A stretch of 64,000 bases of DNA, taken from assembly GCA_964247055.1 (NCBI GenBank), contig OZ176054.1, positions 8,866,001 to 8,930,000 on the forward strand, written 5' to 3'. Position 1 is the first letter of the stretch, and each line of letters opens with the position of its first letter. This document shows, piece after piece, positions 13,131 through 25,628 of the stretch. The stretch is from Paragordius varius. Lineage: Eukaryota; Animalia; Nematomorpha. The position numbers and the translations under genes were made by a program. The notes below the pieces were generated by a model. That model made no database searches, was not told where the DNA came from, and was given only the letters and a program-made list of their open reading frames with translations.

Positions 13131-15190
13131 CTATAAAATGAATAAAATAGATAAATTAATTAAATATTTTATCAATTAATTTCTAATAAGGCATTTTCCG
13201 ATTTGCATTACGGGAGGGAATTTTCATTTGTTAATTTATTTTTACATGGGGCTTTATGATTTATATTATGTTTTTTAACTTAATGTTTAATTTTCGTAGT
13301 TCCACTACTAAGAAAAGTTCACTCTGGGATAATTTATAAAGTTTAAATTGCATCTATTATATGCCCTTTTTAAAAATACTACGCAGCGGAAATAAATTTA
13401 TTCATATCTAACACAAATTATTATATAACTGTCCATCACAAAGATTTAGGGCTAAAAAAGAATGTTTTTGGAGGAAGCGCCGATAACATAAAACCCAATT
13501 AGTTAATAATAAAATAAAAACACAAAAGTGAAACCAAATGCTATTCCAATGCAATGTAAAGCTTGAAGTAGGTGATATTTTGTTGAATTTTATGAAAGCA
13601 GGTCAAATTTACCAAATATTGTTTGTTAAAAATATGAAAGATTATGGCATAAGTTATTAAAAAAAATTATGCCCAATCAAATTCAAAAGTGGAAAATTTT
13701 TAACATTTATAAATAGTCGCTTTATATTAGCTCCTGAGTTAAGCTGCATCTTGGATGAAGTTCTTAAAAAAATATTTTCAAAAATTATATCTTGCACAAT
13801 TTTCGGGAAAACATATGAGCCCATTCGAATTCAATTACATAAATTATTTTTTTCAAATGCGCAGAAAATAGGCTCTCTTTTGAATTAGCCCTTGTATTTA
13901 CCCATTGCCTAGTAAAATAATTTCTCAAAAAAAGAATTTACTAAAAAGAATTTGAAGCAATTCGCCCAAGGAGATTACAAAAAAATAAACAGTGGTTTAA
14001 GGTATTCCCATTATAAAGGTAAAAAATTCAGCCCAGCCCTTTTTAACATAAAACCGCTTACCACATGCAAATAGCCAACCAACAAAAAAATAACTTGATG
14101 ACGCTTATTTTCAAATTATCTGACATATGAATTAAATTATGCCTTTAATAAGCAAAAATTTTAGACCAGCTTTTCTAACAACTCTTGTATAGAACACCCT
14201 ATTGAAAACACGCTACTATATAGAGATACGTGGCTTTTAAGCATTATTTTGGCTCAAGTTATGATAGATAGAAGGTTTTTCTGGAAGGAAAACAATTTCA
14301 ATTAATTAATCTGCAGGATATGGCGCCGCCCTTCAAACATTCGGGGAAACTCGTAAGTCCATACGGATAAAATAATCCTCTCATGCAATTCCCATATAAA
14401 GGGAAGAATTCTAGTCAAACACTTTTTTAAATAAGCCGCTGGGTAAGGCTTCACCATGAGTAAATTTAGCCATCATATAAAAATACCCTGTTAAATCCAT
14501 ATCACATATGGGTTTAATAAAGGTCTTTGGTATTACAAAAGGCAAAAATTATAATGTCATTTTTAAACGACGGATTTATTTTTTTTAACGATGATTGCAC
14601 TAATGAATCACATTTTGATTATATTATCATTGGTGTAAATACGTCTAATTTACAATAATAAGAAAAACAATTTATATAATTTGTAACTGATATTATTTTA
14701 TAGGAGAGCTTTTAACTTTTTTTACCGCTTTCACAATATCCAAGTGTCGAAAGAATTTCAGATCCACTCAACCTTTTGTGATATTTATATATATTTTTCA
14801 ATTTAAATATTTAGGTGGCAAACGGAATAGGTATAGGAAACAACCCTTTAAAATACCTTTGGGTGCCATATCCGTTTAATCAAAAAGTTTAAAGAATATG
14901 CACTTCAAATTTTGATTAATAAAACACTATTGTTTGGGCATTAAATCGAATAAAGATCTCAAAAAAATGATTCTTTAAAATGTTGACACAGGATTGAAGG
15001 AGGCATAATTATTAAACTAAAATTACAATGTTATTCTGATTGTCATTATATATAATTTTTTGAATTTTTATTAAAATAATTATATTCAAAACGGTACATG
15101 CTAATAAATGTTAACCAGAGTGCTTTGCAAAGAGCAATTAATAGCAAAATTTAACCGATTAACATTTTAATTATTTAAAAATGTTAAGAG

Positions 15191-15713
15191 TAGGGTTGTG
15201 CATTTGACTGCTCTTTCAAAAAAGTCCGGTCAGACTGTGGTCAGGTCATTGTCATGACCACTTTACCTAAGTAAATGCCATGCAATATTGGATTATGAAA
15301 TTACTTCTGAATTTTCAAATACCTCGCTTTTAATACTGGATATTTCAAATAAAATTTTTCCTGTTTCTTTTACACTTTCTTTGATCATTGAAATATCCAA
15401 TTATAAAATGTTTTTTTCATTTTATTAGTTCACATATATGGAATAATTGAATATTTTATAAAAATTTGGATTGTTTTCTTTTTCTAAATAACTGGATATG
15501 CTTAAATGCTATTGTTTTAAGAATGCATGTTTAACATTTTAAATAAGCAAATTTAAATATTTATATATTTTTTTTAAAATATATAAAAAAATAACTTACT
15601 ATTTTTCTTCCAAAAAAATTACCAGCAATTTTTCAAAAATCAGCTGAAATGACCATGGTCAAAAAATAAATAGTCACTGACGACCGGGTCATGACTTGGT
15701 CAGCACAACCCTA
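15191..15713. mobile_element. hAT-type MITE with perfect 8-bp TSD
   Basis: TIR tagggttgtgc...gcacaacccta is flanked by GTTAAGAG at 15183-15190 and 15714-15721. Confidence 0.85.
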
Positions 15714-16188
15714 GTTAAGAGGTTTAATCTTTATGTACCAGTTATTTGATTGACATACATAATAAATCCAGCTACGCTTAAAGTGGAGATATAGCATACC
15801 ATAACAATTTTTATCACGATATATTTTAAAAGTAAAAATATTGATAATCAGATATTTGGCGCATTTTGTTTTTTTAATTATCCTTTTATGTTGTTCAACC
15901 TAAAAGATCCCAAAACCGCGTCATCGATACTAATAAATATTTTAACTCTTTAACCATAAATATTGACATCAATGACAAATAAAACAAAATCTCAATTTTT
16001 TAATATAAACAATTAAGTAAGAATTACCTCCTTTGTACGCAGGTACCCATTCTTTAAACAAAATTCGATCGTTGAAGGCCAAATGAAAGTAATCCTTCAT
16101 TGTTATATTCGTCTTTAACTAATTTAAAAATTTGATATAAAGATCAAATTTATATAACGCATTTATTAAAATATTATCTTATTAAATG

Positions 16189-16947
16189 TTATATTTTAGG
16201 AGTTAATTGCAGAATGACACGATTTACAACATCATTTTCACTACGCCAAACTATTTGAAAATCAAATTTTCGAATTGAATCACCGTTAGTGCATGTTTCA
16301 AGAAATTTAATAAAATTTGGGACACTCCCCCCGACACCAAAATAATGATATTTTGCCGCAATCAAGATCTTTCCATCATTTTTAATTGAATCATTAAATA
16401 TTTTAAGGAGGGATGGATAATTGGATTCCTCATATATGGTTTCTGACGTTAAAATTAAATCAAATTTATTTTCAAAAACTATTGACTTCCAATCTCCAAA
16501 TCGAAATTGAGATTTTTCTAACCATTCGATCTCTTTACAATTCAAATATATGTTTGGTATAGTAAAGGTTTCCATGACATCTTTATTATAATCTTGGAAA
16601 CAAACAAATTTAGCTTCGTTTTTAAGCGCAAAAGCGCCCAATAAACCTGATCCACAACCTAAATCTAAAACAATTTTATCGCAAAATGACATATTTTCGA
16701 TGTAATTTAGCATATCAAGAGTGCATTCCCATATTTTGTAGCCACCTTCGTAAGAATTAGGTATGAGATCCGTATTTTGATTTATGTCAATTGGTCGATA
16801 TTTCAAACCTTTGATATATTCTTCGTCATATGTATCAAACAAAAAATCTTTAGCAGATATACTTCCATTTAAAATATCACTATTATTGATATGAGGAGAA
16901 AATTGGGTCTTGGATTTATCAAAAAAACCAAAGGTGAAAGATGACAT
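16189..16947 (-). CDS. METTL18: Histidine protein methyltransferase 1 homolog (METTL18/HPM1), single coding exon
   Basis: DLIPNSYEGGYKIWECTLD, VLDLGCGSGL (SAM motif I), FQDYN, FDLILTSETIY and AAKYHYFGVGG. The likely start is MSSFTFGF at 16947; the ORF is open to 17004. Confidence 0.9.
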   Translation of the reverse strand: MSSFTFGFFDKSKTQFSPHINNSDILNGSISAKDFLFDTYDEEYIKGLKYRPIDINQNTDLIPNSYEGGYKIWECTLDMLNYIENMSFCDKIVLDLGCGSGLLGAFALKNEAKFVCFQDYNKDVMETFTIPNIYLNCKEIEWLEKSQFRFGDWKSIVFENKFDLILTSETIYEESNYPSLLKIFNDSIKNDGKILIAAKYHYFGVGGSVPNFIKFLETCTNGDSIRKFDFQIVWRSENDVVNRVILQLTPKI

Positions 16948-17119
16948 AAATTTAAATACCTGGTCAGGAGTAGGGTGTACCCATGATAGCGTCGAATAAC
17001 ACATGTCAAATTAATAAATTTCTCCGTACTATTTAATTGAATGGCTTAAAAAATTTTCTTGAATAAATAATTTTTTGATACAAAAATTTGAATTTATAAC
17101 CTTTTTTTGTCTATCACGT
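16948..17119. promoter_or_regulatory. Putative bidirectional promoter between METTL18 and PRP4
   Basis: Only 172 bp separate the two divergent start codons. This is inferred from geometry alone. Confidence 0.55.
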
Positions 17120-20100
17120 ATGGATCGCATTTATTTTGGTAGCCTTGCTGAAGTAGAAGCTAAAAGGGGATTTGAATCTGCAAATGAAGATGTTAAAGCC
17201 GGAATAGTTTCTGGAAATATAAATATATCTTCCGGTATTTTATTTTATCTTATTTTAGCTGAAACTCTTTCGTTTGATGCTACCCAACCTTCTGAAAATC
17301 AAAAAGCTATTATAGCTGAATTCGAAAGACGTAAAAGGGTATTTTATTAGTTTTTAAATTACAAGGCCAGACAACTTAATTTAACAACGGATGATATGGA
17401 AGTTAGGACGTATTTGCGAAAACTTAAGAAGCCAATATGTATGTTCATATATTTTATATTTCTTTTTTACCTAACCCTAAATATGATTTTTCATTTACAA
17501 GGTTTGTTTGGTGAGGGCCCTGGTGAGCGCCGAGAAAGATTGAAGCAACTTTTATCTATGCTTGGTGATGATGTAATCGCTAAACTCAAACAATCAATGG
17601 TGGCTCAGAGTTCAGAAACTGTTGCTCCTGAAATACCCGAAGTTTGTTATTTATCTTTCTACTTTTGCTGTTTTTTCTATTCAATTATTTATTAGACAGA
17701 AACATGGTATCACGAGGGACCATCTGCGCTTAAAGCTTCGCGATTATGGCTCGCAAGATATTCATTACCAAGGTTGTGATAATAATTTAAATGTTATTTC
17801 TCTCCAATAATAATAATAATAATCTTTTTATAAAGTTAAAAGATATTTAAGTGTTTTTTATGCCTTGATATTTTTCAGTATTTATCAGCCTTATCCCTAT
17901 ATAATTCATTTAAATATTATGCCTACCATATCATGCTAGTTCAATTTTGTGAGAAATGGTCTTGTGTTATCATAGATATTTTTATTTAAAAATTCTAGTC
18001 GTTTATTTATAATACAGCTTTTGTTAAAATACTATCTGGTTTAAAAATAATTATTTTAATTATAAATAATATTATGTTTGGGGAAAATATCATCAGTTAA
18101 AATACATACTAAAACAAAAGCACATATCCCTAAAAACAAAAGGCTTAATTTATAAAATGGGCATAAGACCAGTTTTGACATATGCCACAGAAACCATGGC
18201 ATTGACACAAACTCAAGAGAAACGTTTTATCAGCGCGGAAAATCGCATACCACGCCTGATGTCAACGCAACTAAATCCCCAAGATATCCGCAATCACATA
18301 CAAATGGAGCCAATAGACATATTCATTCAATTCAAAAGAATAAGATACTACGGAGGTACTACGGTCACCTTGACCGTATGTGACAATCCGATCAGGACCT
18401 CATTCGACATCATTCCACCCGGGAACAATAAGCCCGGTCGCCCACGTTTAATATCCGCTAAAAAGATTGATCTGGATTTCCAACAACTCAAACTGCTAAA
18501 AACAGATTGTATTGATAAAGAACTATCTCACAAAAGCTGGATTGCTTACGATGGTGCACCATCAAAGCTTACTGTTAAACAACACTAATAACATTTTGCA
18601 TTTTAGACCTCAAATTTTTATGGTGTAATATATTTTTTACGGTTCCAATCCAATTAGTATATTATTGATTCATCAAAATTGTTGTTTTTTAAAGAAGGTA
18701 TATGGGTTTTTACTAATTCATTTTTATTGTGACTTTAGGTTAGAATTTAACTAGGACAGTGTTTTGTTTCGTTAAATAATCGTTAATGCTTAAATTCATT
18801 TGATATCTAGACAATGGGCCGATTGATATAAGTTGAATTGAAGGCAGCTTTATATATAATATATGGCTATATGTAATATAAGATAGTATCTATTTTTAAA
18901 TAACTTATTTGTTTTGTTTTTAATCATGATAGAGCCAAAGAAAGATTGATAAAAGCAAAACAAGATTTATCCATTCCGGAAACACAAAAAACTGCCCGAA
19001 AACAGGAAATACATAAGAAAATAAATGTATATTCAAATTTATTTTTTTTTCGTTTGTTTATTACTTGGAAATTTTATTTGGGAAACTGGAAAACAACATT
19101 TACCATTTTTTATTACTCAAAAAATATTTCGCCGTTTTATTTAAATATATTTATAATAGTCATTTGCCTTGTTTTTTACACAAATTGGTGATTCCCGTCC
19201 CTTATCGTTTTGTGATTTGTCTTCAGATGGATCAATGTGTGCGATATCATCTTGGAGTGGCACAAATAAGATTTGGAGAACAAGGGTTTTTAACTTAACT
19301 TCTATTTTTTAAATTTATAAAACCTTTTTTAATTTAAAGTAAACTAAAATTGCAAATATTTCAAGGACTGTAAATTGTTACGAACATTCAAAGGGCACCC
19401 AATAAATGTGGGTTGTGTTAAATTTAAACCTGGTATAGCATATGCTGATTATGTGGAACAGTCAGATACTACAAAAAATATGGAAATTGAAGGTGAACAA
19501 AATGATAAACATATTATCAATCATACGGCCTTACATTTTGCCTCTTGTGGTCACGATGGTAGTGTCAAGCTTTGGAACATTAATAAGTAAAAACTCATTC
19601 CAAAGATTTCATTTTAAGTTTGTCATTGTTTGAGATATATTGCAATAAGAATGAAAATAATCATGACAAAACATAAAAATTAAAAGACTAATATTTATTT
19701 ATCAAAGACAACCATATTAAACATTAATAACATAAACCTATTGTTTTGGGTCGCAAAAAAAATTAATACAAAAATTCGCAATTAGCTCAATATATATTTC
19801 ACGTATTTAAAGTTATATCGAAAACCAGAATTAAACGCTTTCTTTATTAAAGGATAATAATGTTTAAATTTTTTACGCCATGAAGTTTTTACAGTATATT
19901 TATTATTAATTTTTCGTAGTGAGGAAAGCATTGGTGATTTACCAGATCATGGTCCTCTACGGGTATCTCGTTTAAATTTTCATCCATCTGGTCGATATTT
20001 GGGAACATGTTGGTATTGAAAATTATTATTAAATATATTTTAAAGTAACAATTTTCGTATTTGTATTACATATTTAATTTTTTGACACATGGGAGTAACG

Positions 20101-21453
20101 TTAATAGCAATACTTATCCAATGTATTAGTAGGCGTTACTTTCTAATCAATACGATACTACTATACATGAAAAAAATTTCAATTTATAGTTATAATTTTT
20201 TTAGAAAATAAATTATTATTTAAAATAACTAACTCTCTTTTGCGCTTTTAAGTCTAACAACACATGACTTATATATTTTAATGATTTATTTATTTATAGT
20301 TTCGACCATTCATGGAGGTTATGGGACCTTGAACACCGAGAAGAAATTTTGTTTCAAGAAGGTCATTCTGCACCAGTGTTTGATATAGCTTTTCAAAACG
20401 ATGGATCTCTTGCTGCCACTGGGTTTTTCATGACTGATTATAAAGATTATTTTTTTTAAATAACATATACCACAAATTTTATAGCGCAAGTTTTTTATTA
20501 ATATGGAATCAATTTTTGGCTAAAAATATTCCAGGAGCTTAGATACTTATGGTCGAGTATGGGATTTGAGGACCGGACATTGTATAATGTTTATGGAAGA
20601 TCATTTGAAACCTATATATTCTATAGATTGGCATCCAAACGGGTATTCATTTTTTCGTATTTTTAAGGTTTTTAACCGTCTTAATAGTTTAATTATTTTA
20701 TTTTTTTTATTTAATCTATTTGAATTATATTTATTTAATGCTTTTACTTATAATATTGATTTAAGCCTTATTACTTATTTTCACTGGTAATATTTTAATA
20801 TTAGATTTTCGTTATTTACAATTTATAATTAAACATTAATGTAAGTTTCATGTTCTAAATTATATACTTATATTATAGTTTGTGATGAAATATCTTAATT
20901 AAATAAGTTTTTTTATTTTTAAGTTGAATTGTAATTTTGGTTACACAACCAATTTGATATAATAGATTTCAGTTAATTACTGGGAGTCAGGACAATTCCT
21001 GCAAGGTTTGGGATCTAAGAATGAAAAAATGCATTTATACTATTCCCGCCCATTCAAATCTTGTATCTCGCGTCAAATTTATGCGTAAAATTATTTTTTA
21101 AATCCCGTTTTTAATTTTTTTACACATTTGTATAATTTCTAAATATATTTTAGAACCAGCGGGTGAATCTATTCTAACTGCCTCATATGATGGAACTGTC
21201 AAAGTATTTTAAAAAATATCAAACATATTTATATTAAAATATAATTGCAAAACATTGATTTCATGATATATATAATTAAATGAATCTTAATGCTTTATAG
21301 ATATGGGCCCATCCTGGTTGGATGCCTATTAAAACTTTGAAAGCTGGTGAAGGGAAAATTATGGGAGCGGATATATACAATTTTGAAACACTTGTCACCT
21401 GTGGTTTTGATAGGACATTTAAAATTTGGGGCCCTGATAATTTAGCGCTATAA
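17120..21453 (+). CDS. PRPF4: U4/U6 snRNP protein PRP4 (WD40), 14 exons
   Basis: Exons 17120-17234, 17259-17338, 17366-17438, 17502-17641, 17696-17772, 18933-19026, 19160-19285, 19366-19586, 19920-20012, 20300-20422, 20535-20642, 20966-21084, 21154-21203 and 21301-21453. Motifs: [59 protein letters not shown] and FDRTFKIW. Confidence 0.95.
18110..18590 (+). mobile_element. Non-LTR retrotransposon C-terminal fragment in PRP4 intron 5
   Basis: [22 protein letters not shown]...GRPR resembles the post-RT region of RTE/Jockey-type LINEs. Confidence 0.7.
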
Positions 21454-21574
21454 ATCTATTATCCATAATATATTAAATTATGTAAATATGTATTATAAAT
21501 ATAATATTAATTGGAATATGTAAATTGAGCAAAATATAATTAATCATTTGGTTCTTACCAAAAAAATTTATTTA

Positions 21575-21790
21575 GCATAATGGGCGCTAATTTTGCGATT
21601 TTATGCGATATGCATCAAATTATCACAAAAATAAAATAATTTTCTTATATCACTTGTAAACCAACCAAAAGCACCATCAAAATTTATTCTACATTTATTT
21701 ATTAGAATATATATCAGAGGAATTACACACCCCAATTTTCTGTGCAGTGTATATCAAAAAATCGCAAAATTTGCGCAAATTATGTTAAAA
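21575..21790. repeat. Short inverted-repeat element (MITE-like)
   Basis: cataatgggcgctaattttgcgatttt versus aaaatcgcaaaatttgcgcaaattatg are imperfect inverted arms. Confidence 0.45.
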
Positions 21791-22049
21791 AAATTTTGGG
21801 AGTAACTTAATGCTTTATTTTATTATCATTAAAATTTGCATAAACCATAACAAAAAAACAAAATATTTCTGTAAAATTTAAAATTTTACTTATATGCTCT
21901 CAAAATTGCAAATTTTGGGCCCTCTAAAATGGGCTAGTTCTCTATTGAACGGCTGAGATTGCCAACATTTTTATATTTGCTCTATTTTGACATCAAAAAA
22001 GAAACTTTTTAAAATGAAAGAATATAAATATTATTTTTAGTAAAATTAA

Positions 22050-22350
22050 AGTGCATTTTATGGTGAAGCATAGTGAAAACGGTAGAACACTTTAAGATGG
22101 TACACACATATTTGTTTACTTTGATGATACTGAATATTTTTATTACCTCGGAATTATTAAAAGATTTGTTTGTTTCAGATCTTAGTCAAATTTAAAATGT
22201 GATTTTTACAATAAATCTTTAATTTTGGGATATTATAATCAAAATCCTATGTAATAAAAATGTTTTTCGCACTATATAGAGAAAATGTTTTTTATTATCT
22301 TAAATTTACAGTTTTCACTATACTCCAAAACACCATAAAATACGCACACA
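22050..22350. repeat. Short inverted-repeat element (MITE-like)
   Basis: tgcattttatggtg..atagtgaaaac...ttaagat versus atcttaa...gttttcactat...caccataaaatacgca. The interior resembles the sequence at ~130-200. Confidence 0.5.
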
Positions 22351-22714
22351 TAAAATTTTGCCACAATATAATTTTAAGTTAATTCTTTTTTTTCAATAAT
22401 ATTAAATCTCACCAAGAAAAAATTACAGGCCGAATAATAATTTTCTTTCGTCTCTAGGGCCATGCATCATATACTACCGACAAATATTGTATAGCATGCA
22501 TATACAGACATTACTCTAAATCGTGCAGGTCATACTTAAATTGCAGCTAAAATGCCTCGTGTGCCATAAGTAAAATTAATTCTTAAGATACCAACAATCT
22601 TTAACAAATATGGTTTATCTTCATGACTGGCTAATCTTAATTAGTTTGCGGCATATGTCTGGCGATTGCCATATATATATATATACATATATATATATAT
22701 CATTAAATTTTAGA

Positions 22715-23479
22715 ATATGCCGCCTCGCATATTTAAGTTGAGGGAAAAACAGTAAAGAAAACTGGAGCACATTTGTTTTCATATTAAATTGGCAGATCTG
22801 GACCCCTTTTTTTATTGATTTTCTATGATTAACGCTTCTAAATCGGAATTGAGATCCATAAATTCGTTAATAAGGACCGCATAATCAATATCTAATTTCA
22901 CAAATAATAAATATAGGAATGTTTTTATATACCCTTAAATATTAATAATGTCAAAAGGCAGGCCAATCAATCCAACATTTATCATTATGACATCTTGATC
23001 AACTTTTTGCCTTATTTTATAATAAATATTTCCTATTTTATAAGAATATTCTTTGCATTGTTATAGCTATTGGACATATCTTCATTATATTGAGTACATA
23101 TTGAATTATAGCTGAAGTTTCTATAATTTTTAGGTTTGTATGGTTATATAAAAGAGTAAAACCACTAATTGATTTTTAACCGATTCCGCATCTATTAAGG
23201 GTTTTATACTAAATATTCCATTTTAAAATGTGTAGTATGATTGTTTCGAAGAAAAAGCCGAAGACATAAATTAAATTTATATAATGAATAAAAATGGAAA
23301 ATATCAAAAATCAAAACCGAAATCGATTACTCATAACAAATAAAATCAATTAAAAATTATTGCCAAAAGCATTAAACAATCATCCAATAAAAAATTAAAC
23401 TTAACTATGAATAATATAGTGCCATAAAAACACTTTTAGGGGTGTATGCGACCCGGAGTCCACGGTTCGAATATCACTG
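22715..23479 (-). mobile_element. Possible hAT (Charlie/Buster-like) relic
   Basis: The minus strand begins cagtgatattcgaaccgtggactccgggtcgc (Charlie-like end). A degraded C-terminal peptide FPST*ICEAAYSKI resembles the hAT dimerization motif. Confidence 0.4.
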
Positions 23480-23665
23480 CATTAGGAAAATAATTGAAAA
23501 CTTTGAAAGTTTCGATATCATTTTTTGCCATTGACAGTACCGACTTTATTGCTGGCCTCACATCATTATTGGCCATTAATACATACCTTTTAGTATAAGG
23601 CATATTTTGTCCATAATTAAATATACAAATTAATTAGGTAAGATAATAAAAAAGTGTTTAAGCGA

Positions 23666-24726
23666 AAATTATTATTTGTTGACAACCTAGTTTTTGAAAT
23701 ATTGAGAGAAAATCGCAATCGGGCAAAAAGTTAAAATTAAGGATTATGGATAATTCAAAAATTAATGATAGAATTTGAGATGTTATGGTTTATTATCATT
23801 TCAGGATATATTTTCAATATATAAATAGCCTAAAATCATAAAGTTAGGGTTTATATAAAATTTTAGCTCAAAAGATTGCGTTTTTTTAACGCACTTACAA
23901 GACAAAATTTTTTTTATAAATCTAATATAAATTTTTTAAATTATTCACTAGCTAAACTCACTATTAAAATCTTAACATCCATATTTTATTCAGTATAAAA
24001 ACTCATATATCAAAATAAAACCAAAAAATATTGTTTTTTATTTTTGCATTTTTTTTTCATCTGATTTGTGATTGTTTAAAAAATTTATACTGTTTTATTT
24101 TGGAATCTTACATGAGTGCGAATTATAAAATATGTAATTTATGCAAAATAGGATTTAAAATTAGTGGAATATCAACCAACGATCCGTACAAATCACAATA
24201 CAAATATTAATTTGACACAAAACGGTTGTTACAGGGATTCATAAGGATTGTTTGTTGATATTTCACTACTTTTAAATCCTATTTTGCAAAAATTTATACT
24301 CAATAATTTCCACTCATATAAGATTCCAAAATAAAACAGTCTCATAAACCAGATGACAAAAAAATGCAAAAATAAAAAACAATATTTTTGATTTTATTTT
24401 GATATATGAGTATTTTTTACTGAATAAAACATGAATGTTAAGATTTTAATAGTGAATTTAAGTAAAAAATTAATAAAAATTATTATATAGTTTCATTAAA
24501 TTTTTTTGTCTTTTAAGTGTGATAAAAGAAAAACGCCATCTTTTGAGCTAAGATTTTATAGAAACCCTAACCATATGATTTTAGGCTATTTATATATTGA
24601 AAATATCTCCTAAAATGATAATAAACCGTAATATTTCAAATTTTATCATTAGTTTTTGAATTAGCCATAATTATCCTTAATTTTCACTTTTTGCCCAATT
24701 TAGGTTGTCAACAAACAAAAATTTTT
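23666..24726. repeat. ~1.06-kb foldback: inverted arms of ~480-520 bp around a ~55-bp spacer
   Basis: Arm 23666-24190 pairs with 24245-24726 throughout, e.g. ttgttgacaaccta/taggttgtcaacaa, ttttagctcaaaag/cttttgagctaaga and gcaaaataggatttaaaa/ttttaaatcctattttgc. Confidence 0.9.
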
Positions 24727-25059
24727 GGGCAAATGAATACGCTGGTTAAGCTATCTCTTGAAAAAATAATTTTTTTGTTAAAATTTTTTTTCAGTGTATA
24801 TAATCTCTTCAATAAAAATGTTGCAATAATTTATTTATTTCGAAACGAAATAAACATTAAACTATATAATAAACTTCTTTGCTATATATGCTTCTCATGA
24901 AACTGGTCCTTAAATCATGTTATATAGAGATGGACATTATTTAGATGAACCCCAGCTTAAGAGATGATGTTTATCAAATAATTCTTCGAATAAATTTTGA
25001 GACATTTGAATAAATAGTGGAGTTCATTGTGCTGTGGTTTTAATATAAAAGATTGAAAC

Positions 25060-25520
25060 TTGACTTGATACCGATACTCTTAACTGCCAAAATTTCTCGT
25101 AAAAGGAGCAAAATTGAAAGGTTGTTTGATATAATTTATCTGTTTAGTTGAAGGTTATTCGACTTGGATACCGAGATTCAAACCGCCAAAATTTCTCGGT
25201 ATAAGGAGCAAAATTGAGGGGTAAATTGATGATAAATAAATATTTTTTAACTGAAGGTGGTTGAAACTAACGGGGTATGCACTGTATTTTGTTTATCCTT
25301 ATATGTATAGTTTACGAAAACTCGACTTAATACCGATATTCTAATCGCCTAAATTTCTCGGTATAAGGAGCAAAGAGGGGTTGATTGTTGAGGATAATAT
25401 CAACTAAAGGTGGTGGAAATTATCAGGGTGCACCGTAGTTTTATCCGTTTAGTGGAAGAAAAATCTACTTGATATCGATACTCTAACCGCCAAAACTTTA
25501 CGGTATAAGGAGCAAAGTTC
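25060..25520. repeat. Degenerate tandem array, 4 units of ~100-160 bp
   Basis: The core acttgataccgatactct.accgccaaaatttctcggtataaggagcaaa recurs near 25063, 25163, 25323 and 25468. Confidence 0.8.
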
Positions 25521-25628
25521 ATTGGATGGCAGATAATGAAGATGTTAACTGGTTAAAATATATATTTATGCAGTTTTAAAATTAGATTCAATTGTAATGT
25601 TTTTAATATAAACGATTTGCACTTCAAG

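Noticed and set aside
13470-13590. Third, degenerate Ctr copy (minus strand, KYHLLQALHCIGIAFGF..)
   Set aside because: The resemblance is weak, the MxxxM motif is missing and stops flank it; chance similarity is plausible in AT-rich DNA.
16189-17004. METTL18 as a retrocopy, or starting at 17004
   Set aside because: A single coding exon is also the situation in human METTL18 as I recall it, no poly(A) or TSD is visible, and MSSFTFGF at 16947 fits the family N-terminus better.
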